DNA of 64,000 nt, taken from Scyliorhinus canicula. Taxonomy: Eukaryota. Position numbers and translations under genes: made by a program. The DNA lies in NCBI RefSeq assembly GCF_902713615.1, contig NC_052147.1, positions 166,822,410 through 166,886,409 of the forward strand, written 5' to 3'. Positions 25,263-37,100 of the stretch are shown piece by piece. Below the pieces are notes generated by a model that saw only the letters and a program-made list of their open reading frames with translations, was not told where the DNA came from and did no database searches. Positions within the stretch are counted from its first letter, which is position 1. Every line of letters begins with the position of its first letter.

Positions 25263-26535
25263 CTACCTCCACCTGCTGTACCGGATGCAATGTGTGGTGC
25301 TCACCAGTGAGTGTCCCAAGAACCTCTCCACTAAATTGCCAAACCGAGGTGGTGATCTCTGAGATGGGGAGGGTGCTGGAGACAGCTGTGACGGAAAGTC
25401 AATGTCCTCATCCGACCTGAACTCCGGAGTCTCCTGAGTCTTGGGCAGAGGGATTGTGTTCAGGCTGCTCGTCCCATCAGTGCTCTGCCATTGGTGGGGC
25501 ACCGGCTCTGGCACTCGCTAGGGGCAGGGGGCAACGGATCGATCGGCCCCATCTCCGGCAGGTCCTGTAACACACAGGATGTCATGTATGCTGAGAGAGC
25601 GAGACGGAGGTGTCGTTGGGGGGGAGGGTATTTTTTTGGGTGGTGAGGGGGTGTGGGTTGTGGCGGGTGAGGGGGGTGTGGGTTGCGGGGGGTGAGGGGG
25701 GTGTGGGTTGCGGGGGGTGAGGGGAGTGTGGGTTGCGGGGGGTGAGGGGAGTGTGGGTTGTGGGTGGTGAGGGGGTGTGCGTTGCGGGGGGTGAGTTTGT
25801 TGTGGATTACGGAGGATTGGGGGGTGTGGGTTGCGGGGGGGTGAGGGGAGTGTGTGGGGGGAGGAGTTGGTGTCCACACATGTGTCATGGGGATCCGCAA
25901 CTAAGCAGGGTCTCACTTGCTTGCCCGTCACCGACCTCCGCCTCGGCGACCTCCCTTTCCTCCGTGCCAGTGACCATGTCTAGTGCCCTCTGCTCAGGTA
26001 ATGGTGATGGGCCGAGGTGTGGTGGCCCCCCTTCTCCCCCTCCCGGCGGTTTTGCATGGCCTTCTCCTGGGGGCAGGGGTCAAACTCAAGCACAACATTG
26101 TTAGACAGTCCGACACATGCAACCCTGGGGTTGGGTAGATGATGGCATCGATGACCAGGGCACCCGGCCATTGAAGCTGGCATGGGTGCTGCTATGTGGG
26201 GAAAGGTGGGGGTTAGGTTGTCCCTGAGAGGGAAGGGGCCGAGTTACGGGTGTGTAGGGGGGGCAGGGTTAGTGCCAGGGGCACAGCGCTGCCTACTCAC
26301 CCTGGCCGCCCTGAGAGGGGTCGTGCAGGTTCTTCCTGCACTTGAGGCCAGTCTGGATGATGTTGCCCATGGTGCTGACAGTGTCTGCCACCTGCGCCCA
26401 GGCACGGTGAATGGCGGCGCCTCGTGGCCTTCCTCCGGGGACAGGATACAGGGTCATCCGCCTCTCCTCCGCGGCGTCCATGAGGGTGTCCAGCTCAGCG
26501 TTCCTGAACCGTGGAGCTGCTCTCCTTCCAGCCAC
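25263..26535 (-). pseudogene. Harbinger Myb/SANT-like gene, spliced (exon 1 26535-26301, exon 2 26066-25917, exon 3 from 25564; lower end uncertain)
   Basis: RAAPRF..ELDTLMDA.EERR..L...AWAQVA..V...KCRK.LHD, then EKA.QNRRE..K.GG. GTGAG donors and CAG acceptors. Start codon is GTG and there is a frameshift near the end of exon 1. Confidence 0.75.
25620..25862 (+). repeat. G-rich minisatellite (~23-bp unit GGGGGTGAGGGG(G/A)GTGTGGGTTG) in Myb intron 2
   Basis: Directly visible tandem units. Confidence 0.85.
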
Positions 26536-26807
26536 CTTGTTGAGTTGGACGGTGTGTGTGGGGCGATGGATCGTTTAAGTGCAGCTACAGCGTATGAGTC
26601 TCATGTGCGCCAATCACGGACCCGATGAATCCGGCGCCGTTTCACTTTGAACCGGTTGCGGTCCACGTGGCGATGGTGCTAGCCCATTGAGAGTTGCTGA
26701 ATCGTACACCTGTTGCGTCGTTTTTGCTGTCATAAAACACCACTGTTCCCACTCCAGCGTCAGCACTTAGTCTCAAAATCAGAGAATCCAGCCCAATATC
26801 TTTTCTT

Positions 26808-27373
26808 TGGCGATTCTCCGGCCCGCGATTGGCTGAAGTCCCGCCGCTGTCAGTCCTCTCCCGCTGACGTGGTTTAAACCAACTCTGCTGCAGGAGGGAG
26901 CAGGCGGTGTGAGCGGGCCCCGGGGTCCTGGGGGCGGCACGGGTGATCGGACCCCGGGGGGGTGCCCCCACGGTGGCCTCGCCCACGATCGGAGCCCACC
27001 GATCGGCGGGCGGGCCTGTGCTGTGGGGCACTCTTTTTCTTCCGCTTTCGCCATGGTCTTCACCATGGCGGAGGCGGTAGAGACCCCCTCCACCGCGCAT
27101 GCGCCTGTGGTGATGTCAGCGGCCGCAGACGCTCCGGCGCATGCGCAGACTCACGCCGAATGGCGAAGGCCTTTTGGCCAGCCCCGACGCCGGTCGTCGT
27201 GGCGCCAAAGGCCGTTGGCTCCAGTTGGCGGAGCGCGAGCCACTCCGGCGTGGGCCTAGACCCTAAAGGTGCGGAGAATTCCGCACCTTTGGGGAGGCCC
27301 GACGCCGGAGTGGTTCTCGCCACTCCAGTACACCGGGACCTCCCGCCCCGCCGGGTGGGGGAGAATCCCGGCC
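26808..27373. mobile_element. GC-rich Harbinger-related MITE, left end truncated
   Basis: Right end GGAGAATCCCGGCC resembles the Harbinger TIR. Long internal hairpin at ~27240-27313 centred on AAAGGTGCGGA-GAAT-TCCGCACCTTT. Confidence 0.7.
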
Positions 27374-28262
27374 AAGGTCAGAAGTGGGGATGTTTGCGGA
27401 TCACTGCACAATGTTCAGCACCATTCGAGACTCCTCAGATAATGAAGCAGGCCATGTTCAAGTGCAGCAAGACCTGGATAATATGCAGGTTTGGGTTGAC
27501 AAGTCAAGTGGCAAGTTACATTCGCGCCACACAAGTGCCAGGCAACGAACATCTACTACAAGAGAGGATATAACCATCACCCCATAACATTCAATGCCAT
27601 TACCATCGCTGCATCCCCCTCAATCAACATCCTGGGGGTTACCATTGATCAGAAACTGAACTGGACTAGCCATATGAATACTGTGGCAACCAGAGCAGAT
27701 CAAAGGCTAGGAATCCTACGGCGGACAACTTGCCTATTGAACCCCCCTCCCCAATGCCTGTCCACCATCTACAAGGCACAAGTCAGGAGTGTGATGGAAT
27801 ACTCTCCAATTGCCTGGGTGAGTGAAGATCCAACAACACGCAAGAAGCTCAACACCATCCAGGACAAAGCAGCCCGCTTGATTGCTCCCCCTTCCACCAC
27901 AGCCAAACCCTCCACCACAGACTAACAGTGGCAGCCCTGTGAACCATCTTCAAGATGCACTGCAATAACTCACTGGGGTTCCTTAAAGAGCAACTTCGAA
28001 ACCCACGACTAATACTATCTAGAAGGACAAGAGTAGCAGATACCTGGGAACACCACCACCTGGAAGTTCCCCTTCAAGTAACTCACCACCTGACTTGGAA
28101 TTCCTTCACTTTCACTGGGGCAAAATCCTGGAGCTCCCTCCCGAACAACACATGGGTGTACCGCAGCGGTTCAAGTAGGCAACTCCCCACCAGCAACTAA
28201 GGATGGGCAATAAATGCTGGCCTAACCAGCGATTCCCACATCCCATAGGTGAATAAAAAAAT
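27374..28262 (+). mobile_element. CR1-supergroup LINE 3' fragment (cassette copy 2)
   Basis: MFADHCTMF, YKAQVRSVMEYS; paralogous to ~13520-14395. Confidence 0.75.
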
Positions 28263-28325
28263 TGCATCACCCGATGTCTGTGTTTATGTATTTACATCAT
28301 GCATTTATCGTATGTTTTATGTTTT

Positions 28326-28552
28326 AATTTTTAAAAATAAATTTAGCGTACCCAATTAATTTTTTCCAATTAAGGGGCAATTTCACGTGGTCAAATCACC
28401 TATCCTGCATATCTTTGGGTGGTGGGGTTAAAACCACACCATCACGGGGAGAATGTGCAAACTCCACACAGACAGTGACCCAGGACCGGGATCGAATCTG
28501 CGACCTCGGCACCATGAGACATCTGTGCTAATTCCTGCGCCAACGTGATGCC
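28326..28552 (-). mobile_element. Short poly(A)-tailed HE1-like SINE with 13-bp TSD
   Basis: TSD TGTT(T/C)TATGTTTT at 28313-28325 and 28553-28565. Empty sites at ~14446 and ~44625. Confidence 0.82.
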
Positions 28553-29039
28553 TGTTCTATGTTTTCATGTATGGAGCGATGTGCCTGGACTGTACTCAGA
28601 TCAATACTTTTCACTGTACCTCTATACACGTGGCAATAAATCTAAATCTAATGTAAATCTAATTGCCATACAATTAAAATGTATTGCTGAAGGTTCTATC
28701 GCCTTTGGAATGCAATCTGGAAGCAAAACACACAGGCATTTATGTATCAGCCATTATGTAGAGTGCTGTAAATAAAGCACATTATTCTGAAAATGTACAT
28801 CTGCATTGTAACCGGTTTTGCAGTCAGCTTCAGCACTTACGCTGAACTGTTGGAAACATACCTGTTGAATGTGTAATGCCAATTCTTCAGTAATGTCCGT
28901 GAAAGCACTGTACAGTATCGGAAACACAATGATTCCAATGCATTGTTGCCTTCTTCACACAATTAAAATGCGACAGAGGCAAAACACATTCAGTGATACT
29001 CAGGTGCGTTAAATGGTTCTATTTAGTGTATGTGACATG

Positions 29040-29133
29040 TGTTTTGCTGCTTTTGTGCTGAGTTGAAACTATTGCAATCATTAAAATAACAAAAGTACAG
29101 CCCAGGGAGGCAATTCTGTCCAACATATAAATA
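29040..29133 (+). promoter_or_regulatory. Gamma-crystallin proximal promoter, copy 2
   Basis: TATAAATA at 29126-29133; CTTTTGTGCTGAG at 29050-29062 (Sox-like plus Maf half-site-like, inference). Confidence 0.65.
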
Positions 29134-29192
29134 CCAAACTGTGTGAAGTGGTGAAACATAGTCAGTTACTCAGCTAAACCACTGAGCTCAAA

Positions 29193-30092
29193 ATGGGGAA
29201 GGCAAGGATAAATCAGAGTTTATATATTGAATTGGAATTCTTCATAGCCTAATTTGACAAGTTATTAATTTAAAAACCTGTGACTTTTTCCACAGATTAT
29301 CTTTTACGAGGACAGGAACTTCCAGGGTCGGCACTATGAGTGCAGCAGTGACTGTGCTGACCTCTCCTCTTACTTCAGCCGCTGTAACTCCGTCCGTGTT
29401 GAGAGTGACTGGTGGGTGATGTATGAGAAACCCAATTACATGGGATACCAGTATGTTCTGAGCAGGGGAGAATATCCTGACTACCAGCGCTGGATGGGAT
29501 TCAATGACAACATCAGATCATGTCGCTCCTACCCATATGTAAGTTGCTTTTGGTGATTTTTATTTTCTGTCCAATTTCTAAGCCTTAGAAAATGATCAGT
29601 GTGCTCAACATTCGATAGGAGCTACTTCTTTGTAACAAGTTTCAAAGATAATCAACCTATTGAATCAATGTTAATAAACTATCTCAGCTTTGCTCTCATT
29701 GTTGATGCATCATCTGGGCTCCATTAAATCCTTCTTTCATAATGTTTCTCTTTTTCTATGTATAACAAATGTATATTTATTATTTAATCATTAATGTAAT
29801 CTTATTTTTATTACAGTACCGAGGTGGAAACTACAAGATGAGGATTTACGAGAGGCCTGACTTTGGAGGACAGATGATGGAATTCATGGATGACTGTCCA
29901 TCTGTCTACGATCGTTTCCGTTACCGTGACATTCACTCCTCCCATGTGATGGACGGTTACTGGACCTTCTATGAACATCCCAACTACAGAGGCCGACAGT
30001 ACTTCATGAGACCCGGTGAATACAAGAGATACAGTGACTGGGGCGGCTACAACTCAACTATCGGATCTTTCAGACGCATGAGGGATTTCTAG
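29193..30092 (+). CDS. cryg: Gamma-crystallin, copy 2, 175 aa; exons 29193-29201, 29296-29538, 29817-30092
   Basis: Intact spliced ORF MGK|[26 protein letters not shown]...RSYPY|YRGGNY...RRMRDF*. GC-AG intron 1 and a 278-bp GT-AG intron 2. Confidence 0.96.
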
Positions 30093-30141
30093 TTTTTCAT
30101 TGTAATGTATGATTTAACTTTATTGAATGAGTTGTCAACAT

Positions 30142-30147
30142 AATAAA
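30142..30147 (+). terminator. Polyadenylation signal, crystallin copy 2
   Basis: AATAAA 50 bp after the stop. Confidence 0.8.
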
Positions 30148-30479
30148 TACTCTCCATTACACTGTCATCTTGTTTAAAACACTTATTTTTAGTTCTTGGC
30201 AGAAACTGTTCAAAGCAGTACAACGTATCCAGTTGGCAGAGCAAATGTGTGGACTGATCCTCCAGAAAAACTGGGCCAGTGCCAATCCTCTGCTGATTTT
30301 ACTAAAGTTTGTGCAGTCATCAGGAGATTATCTAATTTCTCTGGGTATTTCAGGCACATTTTTGCGAGACATCGTGCTCTGTTTGGGGGATGGGGCGGTG
30401 GGAAGTGGGTTTCAGAATTTGATGGGAGGCAGGTGGACCTGATGCCAGAAGAGAGGTGGTAACGGATCTTTGCAGCTCG

Positions 30480-30703
30480 GTGGGTCTCGTTGGCCTTCTT
30501 CTGACATTGGAAGGAGAATGTCCTGCTGTCCTGCTGCCTGAACTAACAGCAGCTTGCACTGCCTCCCAGGCAGCATTGGTGACCCAGCCACTGGTCCTCC
30601 AACCTCCTCGGAAGAACAGGATGTCAAGCCTCTCATTCACAGCATTGAGAACCTTGGCCCGGACGACATCGCCAAAGCCACAAGCAAGTCAGCGTGCTGC
30701 CAT
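30480..30703 (-). pseudogene. Harbinger Myb/SANT relic (cassette copy 2)
   Basis: NERLDILFFRGGWRTSGWVTNAAWEAVQAAVS with an early stop; paralog of 17035-17252. Confidence 0.65.
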
Positions 30704-32121
30704 GCTTGTATGTTGACTGGAGTGAGTGGTGAGGAAACACTTAAAAACAGCTCCCCCTTGTTCGCGACAAGGAGCTGAGGCAGAAAATATAACTGGTTAA
30801 CCATTAGCTAGTTCCTGAATTCCCATTTTAACTTGCCTCCACCCTCTACACTGACACACAAGACAGACATACACAGAGGGGTGGAAAGGGGTGAAAATCA
30901 GAAGTGAATGGAATATGGTCTTTGTTTAGGATGATGGGTTACACTCACGTTCCCTCACAGTATGCTTGAAGATTAACATTGTTGGTTTGCAGCCTGTAAT
31001 GGCCTTTTCAGTAGATCCATTCTGTTGTTTAGAAATGCAGCACTCACAACTTTCCTGGGGAGGCACCTTACATCCATTCAAACATTGCTTTCAAATTTTG
31101 GTTTGTACTCAGGCCTCTGTAGTTTCAGCAATTCACTCCCCCTTCCCCCCCATAGGATTTCTGGACAGAGAAATAATGCGACAGAAGTGCTTTGGAGTTA
31201 GCTAGCTGGATCTTTTTTCTGTGCTGCCAAATTCAAAACTGAAATCTTGGCATTGGGACTCTGAACTGCATACCAGTGGGATAATATCCAATCACCACCT
31301 GTAACCATGCAGAGCACAGCCCTTTGGATCAATTCATTGGCCACCAGCACAGCAACCAAACCGAATCCTAACCCACATCTCTCAAAAGATAACAAAAGAT
31401 CCAACTAATATTCTCTACAATGATCAGTGACAGTTATGGAAGGAAGAATTTATTCTCATTCAGATGAGACGTGACTGGACAATCTTCTTACTTAACTGCA
31501 TTACCTCAGCATTTATAGATTGACTATAGCACAATTTAGATAGAGAATGAAGCTCCTTCCTCTGATACACTTGTCGCATTTTCAACCAGATTTTCTTTGG
31601 CCTCTTAATTTGTGCCAAATTTCATGCCCTCTGAGTGCAGGTGGAGGTACTGAAGGAGAATCAAGAAAGTGTTAGAAACTATTTCATGAGATTGGTATTT
31701 GCTGTTTGCAGCTGTTCTAATTCACCTTGCAATTCTCTCACTTAAAAACTATTTCCCTGTTCTCACAGATAATTGTGCAAAGAGCATGGCTCAACTGCCT
31801 TTGAGTTTAACACTGCAGGTGCGCCTGGACAAAAGCTGAGTCCGTGAACACAGTACAGCACAGTGAAGCATGTTATCACTCTGATACATATTATTGTTTT
31901 GCCATGAGATTATTGAATAGTGGCACAGGCTGAGTGGGCCAAATAGACTACCCCTATTCCTTATTACATGGCTGGCATTGAGGTGGCTGGCACTCAGGAC
32001 TTCAGCAGAATAACAACATTGGGATTACTGCCAGGATATTGAACTTAACCCTGCATGGTTCATTCCCTATGCCTCTGAGGAAGTTTAAGCGTTTTGGATC
32101 AAGTAGGTAAACTCATCAGAG

Positions 32122-32330
32122 TCCCAGGTCACCATAGGCCACTTTGACTTTGAGGGGGAGAGCAGACTGGTGGTGATTTAAGATGAGAATCACCACACCT
32201 TAGACAAGGGGCAAGGCAGAGAAGGCGGGGCCTTCATGGGTAACCTCAGAGGGTACTGGAATTGAACCCGTGCTGTTGGCCTCACTCTGCATCACAAACC
32301 ATCTGTCCAGCCAACTGAACTAACCCGACC
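32122..32330 (-). mobile_element. tRNA-derived SINE, second family (cassette copy 2)
   Basis: Paralog of 18890-19092. Confidence 0.7.
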
Positions 32331-33299
32331 CCAGTACATAAGAGAGTTGAGATCAGATGTACACAAAGATATGTGCTGACACTCAATGGCACCCGGCATT
32401 ATAGAAAAGTCCAGAATCCTGAGAAAACCTTGTTCTCACTCGACCTGCTTATCTTTGCTATGTCAGAAGGAGATGAATTTGCATAGAGAGCCTCATCATG
32501 CAAATTCCATAATGTTGCTTACATATCCAGGAGCTCCATTAAGTGAACCTATAACTCTAGCCATCTTGACAACCACAGGCAATGTGATCCTTGACCTAAC
32601 AGGAGTTTAGAAAGGAAATCAGAGCAGAAGTTGACCATTTAACCCCTCAAGCATGCACCGCCATTCATCCAGTCCATGGCTGATCTTCTCTCTCAATGCT
32701 GTTTTCCTGCATTTTCCCCATATCTCTGATATCTTTAATATCTAGATGTTATCAATCACTGTCTTGAACATATTCAATGACTGAGACTTCACAGCCCTCG
32801 GAAGTAGCGAATTCCAAAGAGTGAAAGAAATCATCTCAATCTCAATTTCATGACTATTATTTTGCTTCAGATAATTTGAGTGAATCCTTGCCATTGGTTC
32901 AATATTATTTCCTTGGGATATCTGGCATATTTACCTCTTCCTGTTCTGTAAAAGTATCAATATTTAGCTGCCACCTCCTCCTTCTTATTATTGACAACAT
33001 CAATAATCAGTTTTCAAGGGTTCACAATCCTCTTGAACAATATAATTTCCCCCAAAATAAATATCGTCTTTTTGTTCCGAACTGGCTATCCTTTGCAAAT
33101 TAGTTTTCAGAATTATTTTTTTGTAGCTTATCTGTTTTGTCACATTTGCTTTTCCTTGTATCTTTCTGTAGTGATCTGAATATCTGTATGTGGGGTTAAT
33201 GTTTTGAAGTAACAGCTAAGTAATCACTAGATGGCAGCACTAGAGATGGGTATAAAAGACAGTCTCAAAACGAGTTCCCACCTCCCACCTCCCACCTCC

Positions 33300-33785
33300 A
33301 GCGGAGATTCACACGGATAATCCCAGGAATGGTAGGCCTAACATGTGATGAGCGTCTGAGGATCGTGGGATTATATTCATTGGAGTTTAGGAGGTTGAGG
33401 GGAGATCTAATAGAAACGTACAAGATAATGAATGGCTTGGATAGGATGGACGTAGGGAAGTTGTTTCCATTAGCAGGGGAGACTAGGACGCGGGGGCACA
33501 GCCTTAGAATAAAAGGGAGTCACTTTAGAACAGAGATGAGGAGAAATTTCTTCAGCCAGAGAGTGGTAGGTAAGTGGAATTCGTTGCCACAGAGGGCGGT
33601 GGAGGCCGGGACATTGAGTGTCTTTAAGACAGAAATTGATAAATTCTTGATTTCTCGAGGAATTAAGGGCTATGGGGAGAGAGCGGGTAAATGGAGTTGA
33701 AATCAACCATGATTGAATGGTGGAGTGGACTCGATGGGCCGAATGGCCTTACTTCCACTGCTATGTCTTATGGTCTTATGGTCTT
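33300..33785 (+). mobile_element. 5'-truncated CR1 in the Gypsy 5' LTR
   Basis: ORF 33329-33700 GLYSLEFRRLRGDLIE..FFSQRVV..WNSLP; (TATGGTCT)n tail; (CCCACCT)3 at the 5' junction. Confidence 0.9.
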
Positions 33786-34109
33786 TGTGGATATAGTGAC
33801 GAGTAACCAGAGGTAGACCAAGATAGCTCAGAGTGCAGGTGTGGTTAATCATACTTAATATATATTTAATCTTATTTATTTAATCTCCAGTTTAGTTGTT
33901 GAAGAGAGAACAAACTCACAATATATTTGTTAGCGCTACTTTATAAATAATTTGCTTGAACTGGAAGAGTTCGAGTGTTAATGAACATCGAAGACAGGAT
34001 CATCCTGGTAAGAAGCAAATGAATAACATATATTACACACGGTAATATAACATGGTACCAGGTTATTGACTTCAAGAAAATTTACTAGATTAGATTAGAA
34101 TCAGCAAGA

Positions 34110-37100
34110 GAAAAAAAATTGTATGGACTATTTGACACGGGAAGGCTTCGCAGCATTCAGGTGCCTCAAAGACAAATCACCTCGACGGACCACGTTCAAG
34201 CTCCATGTCAACTGAAAACTACCGGTAATCTAAACTCAAATTGGAAACTATCCAAACAGCAATTCCAAATCTATCTAGAAGCACATGATCTTACCACTGC
34301 TACTGAGGCTAGGAAAATAGCCCTGCATTTGTCCATGGCAGGACAGCAGGCTATAGAAATATATAACTCTTTCATTTACTCGAAAGGGGTTGGACAAAAG
34401 CAAATTTAATTTGATAATCGCCAAATTTGACGACCAATGCAAAACACAGACAAATGAAATCTTTGAGAGGCATTTTAACAAACATTTGCAAAAACATGAG
34501 GAATTGTTCACCAGCTTTGTCACTGATTTATAATTACTAGCACAAACTTGTAACTCCGCAGATTGCATGAGCCGCTGATCCGGGATCAGATAGTGTAAGG
34601 AATATGTGATGAGAGTCTAAGGGAAGCATTGTTATGTCAGCAAGATTTAACGCTGAAGTATTTATTTCCCGAAAAGAGTAAAAATCAATATCTTGAATTT
34701 TATCATCGTGAAAAAGGTGCGAAAGTCAACCACGAGGTCTAGAGTGTTAAAATGGTGTCGCAGGCAGTAAAGAAGCACGTTTCGGATGACAGCTAGCTTA
34801 CGCGCGCACACTCCAACCCGGGACATACGCACTCCGCTCAAAAATGCGAGACTGAAGAAAAGAAGTCTGTGCATGCGCGAATGTATCTCATACGTCAGGG
34901 AGACAATGTCATCACATGTTACCGATGTGGCAACGCCCACTTAAAATGGCACAAGGCAAAAAAACTTTAAAGTTTGGAAAACTCAATTACTATGCTTCAC
35001 AATGCAGATCTACAGCGCAATATCAACCTCCGACAGCAAAACAAAAGAACGTCAATGTTGGCAGTGTGGATTCATCGGAGCAGAACAAATCTGAACAAAA
35101 TTATTCATCCAAAGAGGATCATTTTTCCTTAGAAAACACGTTTTTCATGGGAATAATTGAAAAGAGTGAAGAACCTCAAGCAATAACCAACCCTCCTCAA
35201 CAGGTCAACATGATCAACTCAGGGCAGCACAGTGGCCTAGTGGTTAGCACAACCGCCTCACGGCGCTGAGGTCCCAGGTTCGATCCCGGCTCTGGGTCAC
35301 TGTCCGTGTGGAGTTTGCACTTTCTCCCCGTGTCTGCGTGGGTTTCACCCCCACAACCCAAAAATGTGCAGAGTAGGTGGATTGGCCACGCTAAATTGCC
35401 CCTTAATTGGAAAAAATAATTGGGTAATCTAAATTTAAAAAAAAAACATGCTCAACTCCAACAGTGAATGGACTTCAACAGTGCAAGTTAACAATTTTCC
35501 AGTATTATTCAAGCTTGAAACTGGGGCTTCAGCCAATCTACTGTCAAACAAAGATCTCAATATGATTCCAGGAGAACATGAGATGCTACCTGCTGCATGT
35601 AGGCTGAAAGACTACAATGGCAACCAGATCGCTTCAAGAGGATCGTGCCATCTTCAAGTCACAAACAAGAAGACACTACGATTTGAGATAGTGGAGAACG
35701 AGAAATTATCACTGTCAGGCGCTCAGGCTTGTGGAGACTTATGGCTTGTTCAATGAATCTATATGAATACTCAGGATACTTCACACGTGGAAGCTGAAAT
35801 CCAGCAGATACTTCATAAATATCCTGATATATTTAAAGGTATGGCTACTTTACCTTATCAGTACAAGGTTCTACTGAAAAAAGATGTAAAACATGTAATT
35901 CATCTACCTGAATGGGTTCGTGCTCCTTTGCGAGAGAGGTTGAAACTCGAACTTGACCGACTACAATCACAAGGAATCATCTCTCGATTCACACCACCGA
36001 CTGACTGGGTCAGCTCTCTAGTATGTGTCAAGAAATCATCTGGAGATCTTCGAAACTGCATAGATCCAAAGAATCTGAACAAAAATATTCGTAGGGAACC
36101 CATTATCCCATCCCTAAGCGTGAAGATATCACATGTAATGAGCCAATGCTCGAATCTTCACGAAACTCAAAACTTCTCAGGGATTCTGGAAGATGCAGCT
36201 TGACGACTCATACAGGTTATTGTGCACTTTCAATACTCCATTTGGATGCTTCTGCTCTTCCGCATGTCCTTTGGGATAATATCCGCTTCAGAGATTTTCC
36301 ATAGGATAATGGAGCAGATGACAGAGGGTATCAATGGTGTAAGAGTCTACGTCAAAGACATAATCATCTGATCCACGACTGAAGAAGAACACATTTGTCA
36401 TTTGAACATGGTGTTTCAAAGAGTCCATAAGTTTGGATTGAAACTAAACCAATCAAAGTGTACATTTGCACAAGCATAGTTAAACTTCTTGGGAGGTACC
36501 ATATCCAGTCAAGGTGTCAGGCCAGATGATGCGAAGATTTCTGCAATCCAGAATATGAAAACGCCCCAGGATAAAAAGGCTGTGCGAAGATTTCTGGGCT
36601 TTGTAAACTTCTAGGGCAAGTTTATCTTGAACCTGTCCATGAGGACGTCAGCTTTACACAATTTGATAAGGATGACCACCAACTTTAAATGGACACAAAG
36701 TCACCATATTATTAATGGGTGGATCTCAAGCATCAACTAATGACTGCACCAATTCTTGCTTTTTCAACCCAACTAGAGCAACCAAGATACCCACTGATGA
36801 AAGTCAGGGTGGAATCGGCGCAGTTCTTTTACAGCAAGACGACCAATCTGATTGGGTTCCTGCTGCATATGCTTCAAGGGCTATGACTGCAACAGAAAGC
36901 AGATATACACAGGTAGAAAAGGAATGTCTCGGGTTACTCACGGGAATACTGAAATTCCATGACTATGTGTATGGGCTTCCAACCTTTATAGTGGAAACGG
37001 ATCACGGGCCGTTGGTCCACATCATTGAGAAGAATTTAAATTACATGACTCCTCGCCTACAGTGCATCATGATGAAATTAAGGAGGTATGATTTCAACTT

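Larger units (their letters stand above)
21072..26794. mobile_element. PIF/Harbinger DNA transposon with convergent transposase and Myb/SANT genes (both disabled) and a nested CR1
   Basis: TIRs GGGCTAGATTCTCC / AGAGAATCCAGCCC with 3-bp TSD AAT (21069-21071, 26795-26797). Empty paralogous site GAACAATAT at ~33035. Confidence 0.88.

Noticed and set aside
24354-27573. Many overlapping long ORFs in the GC-rich region
   Set aside because: Stop-poor GC-rich Harbinger/MITE DNA; only the transposase and Myb frames carry recognisable motifs.
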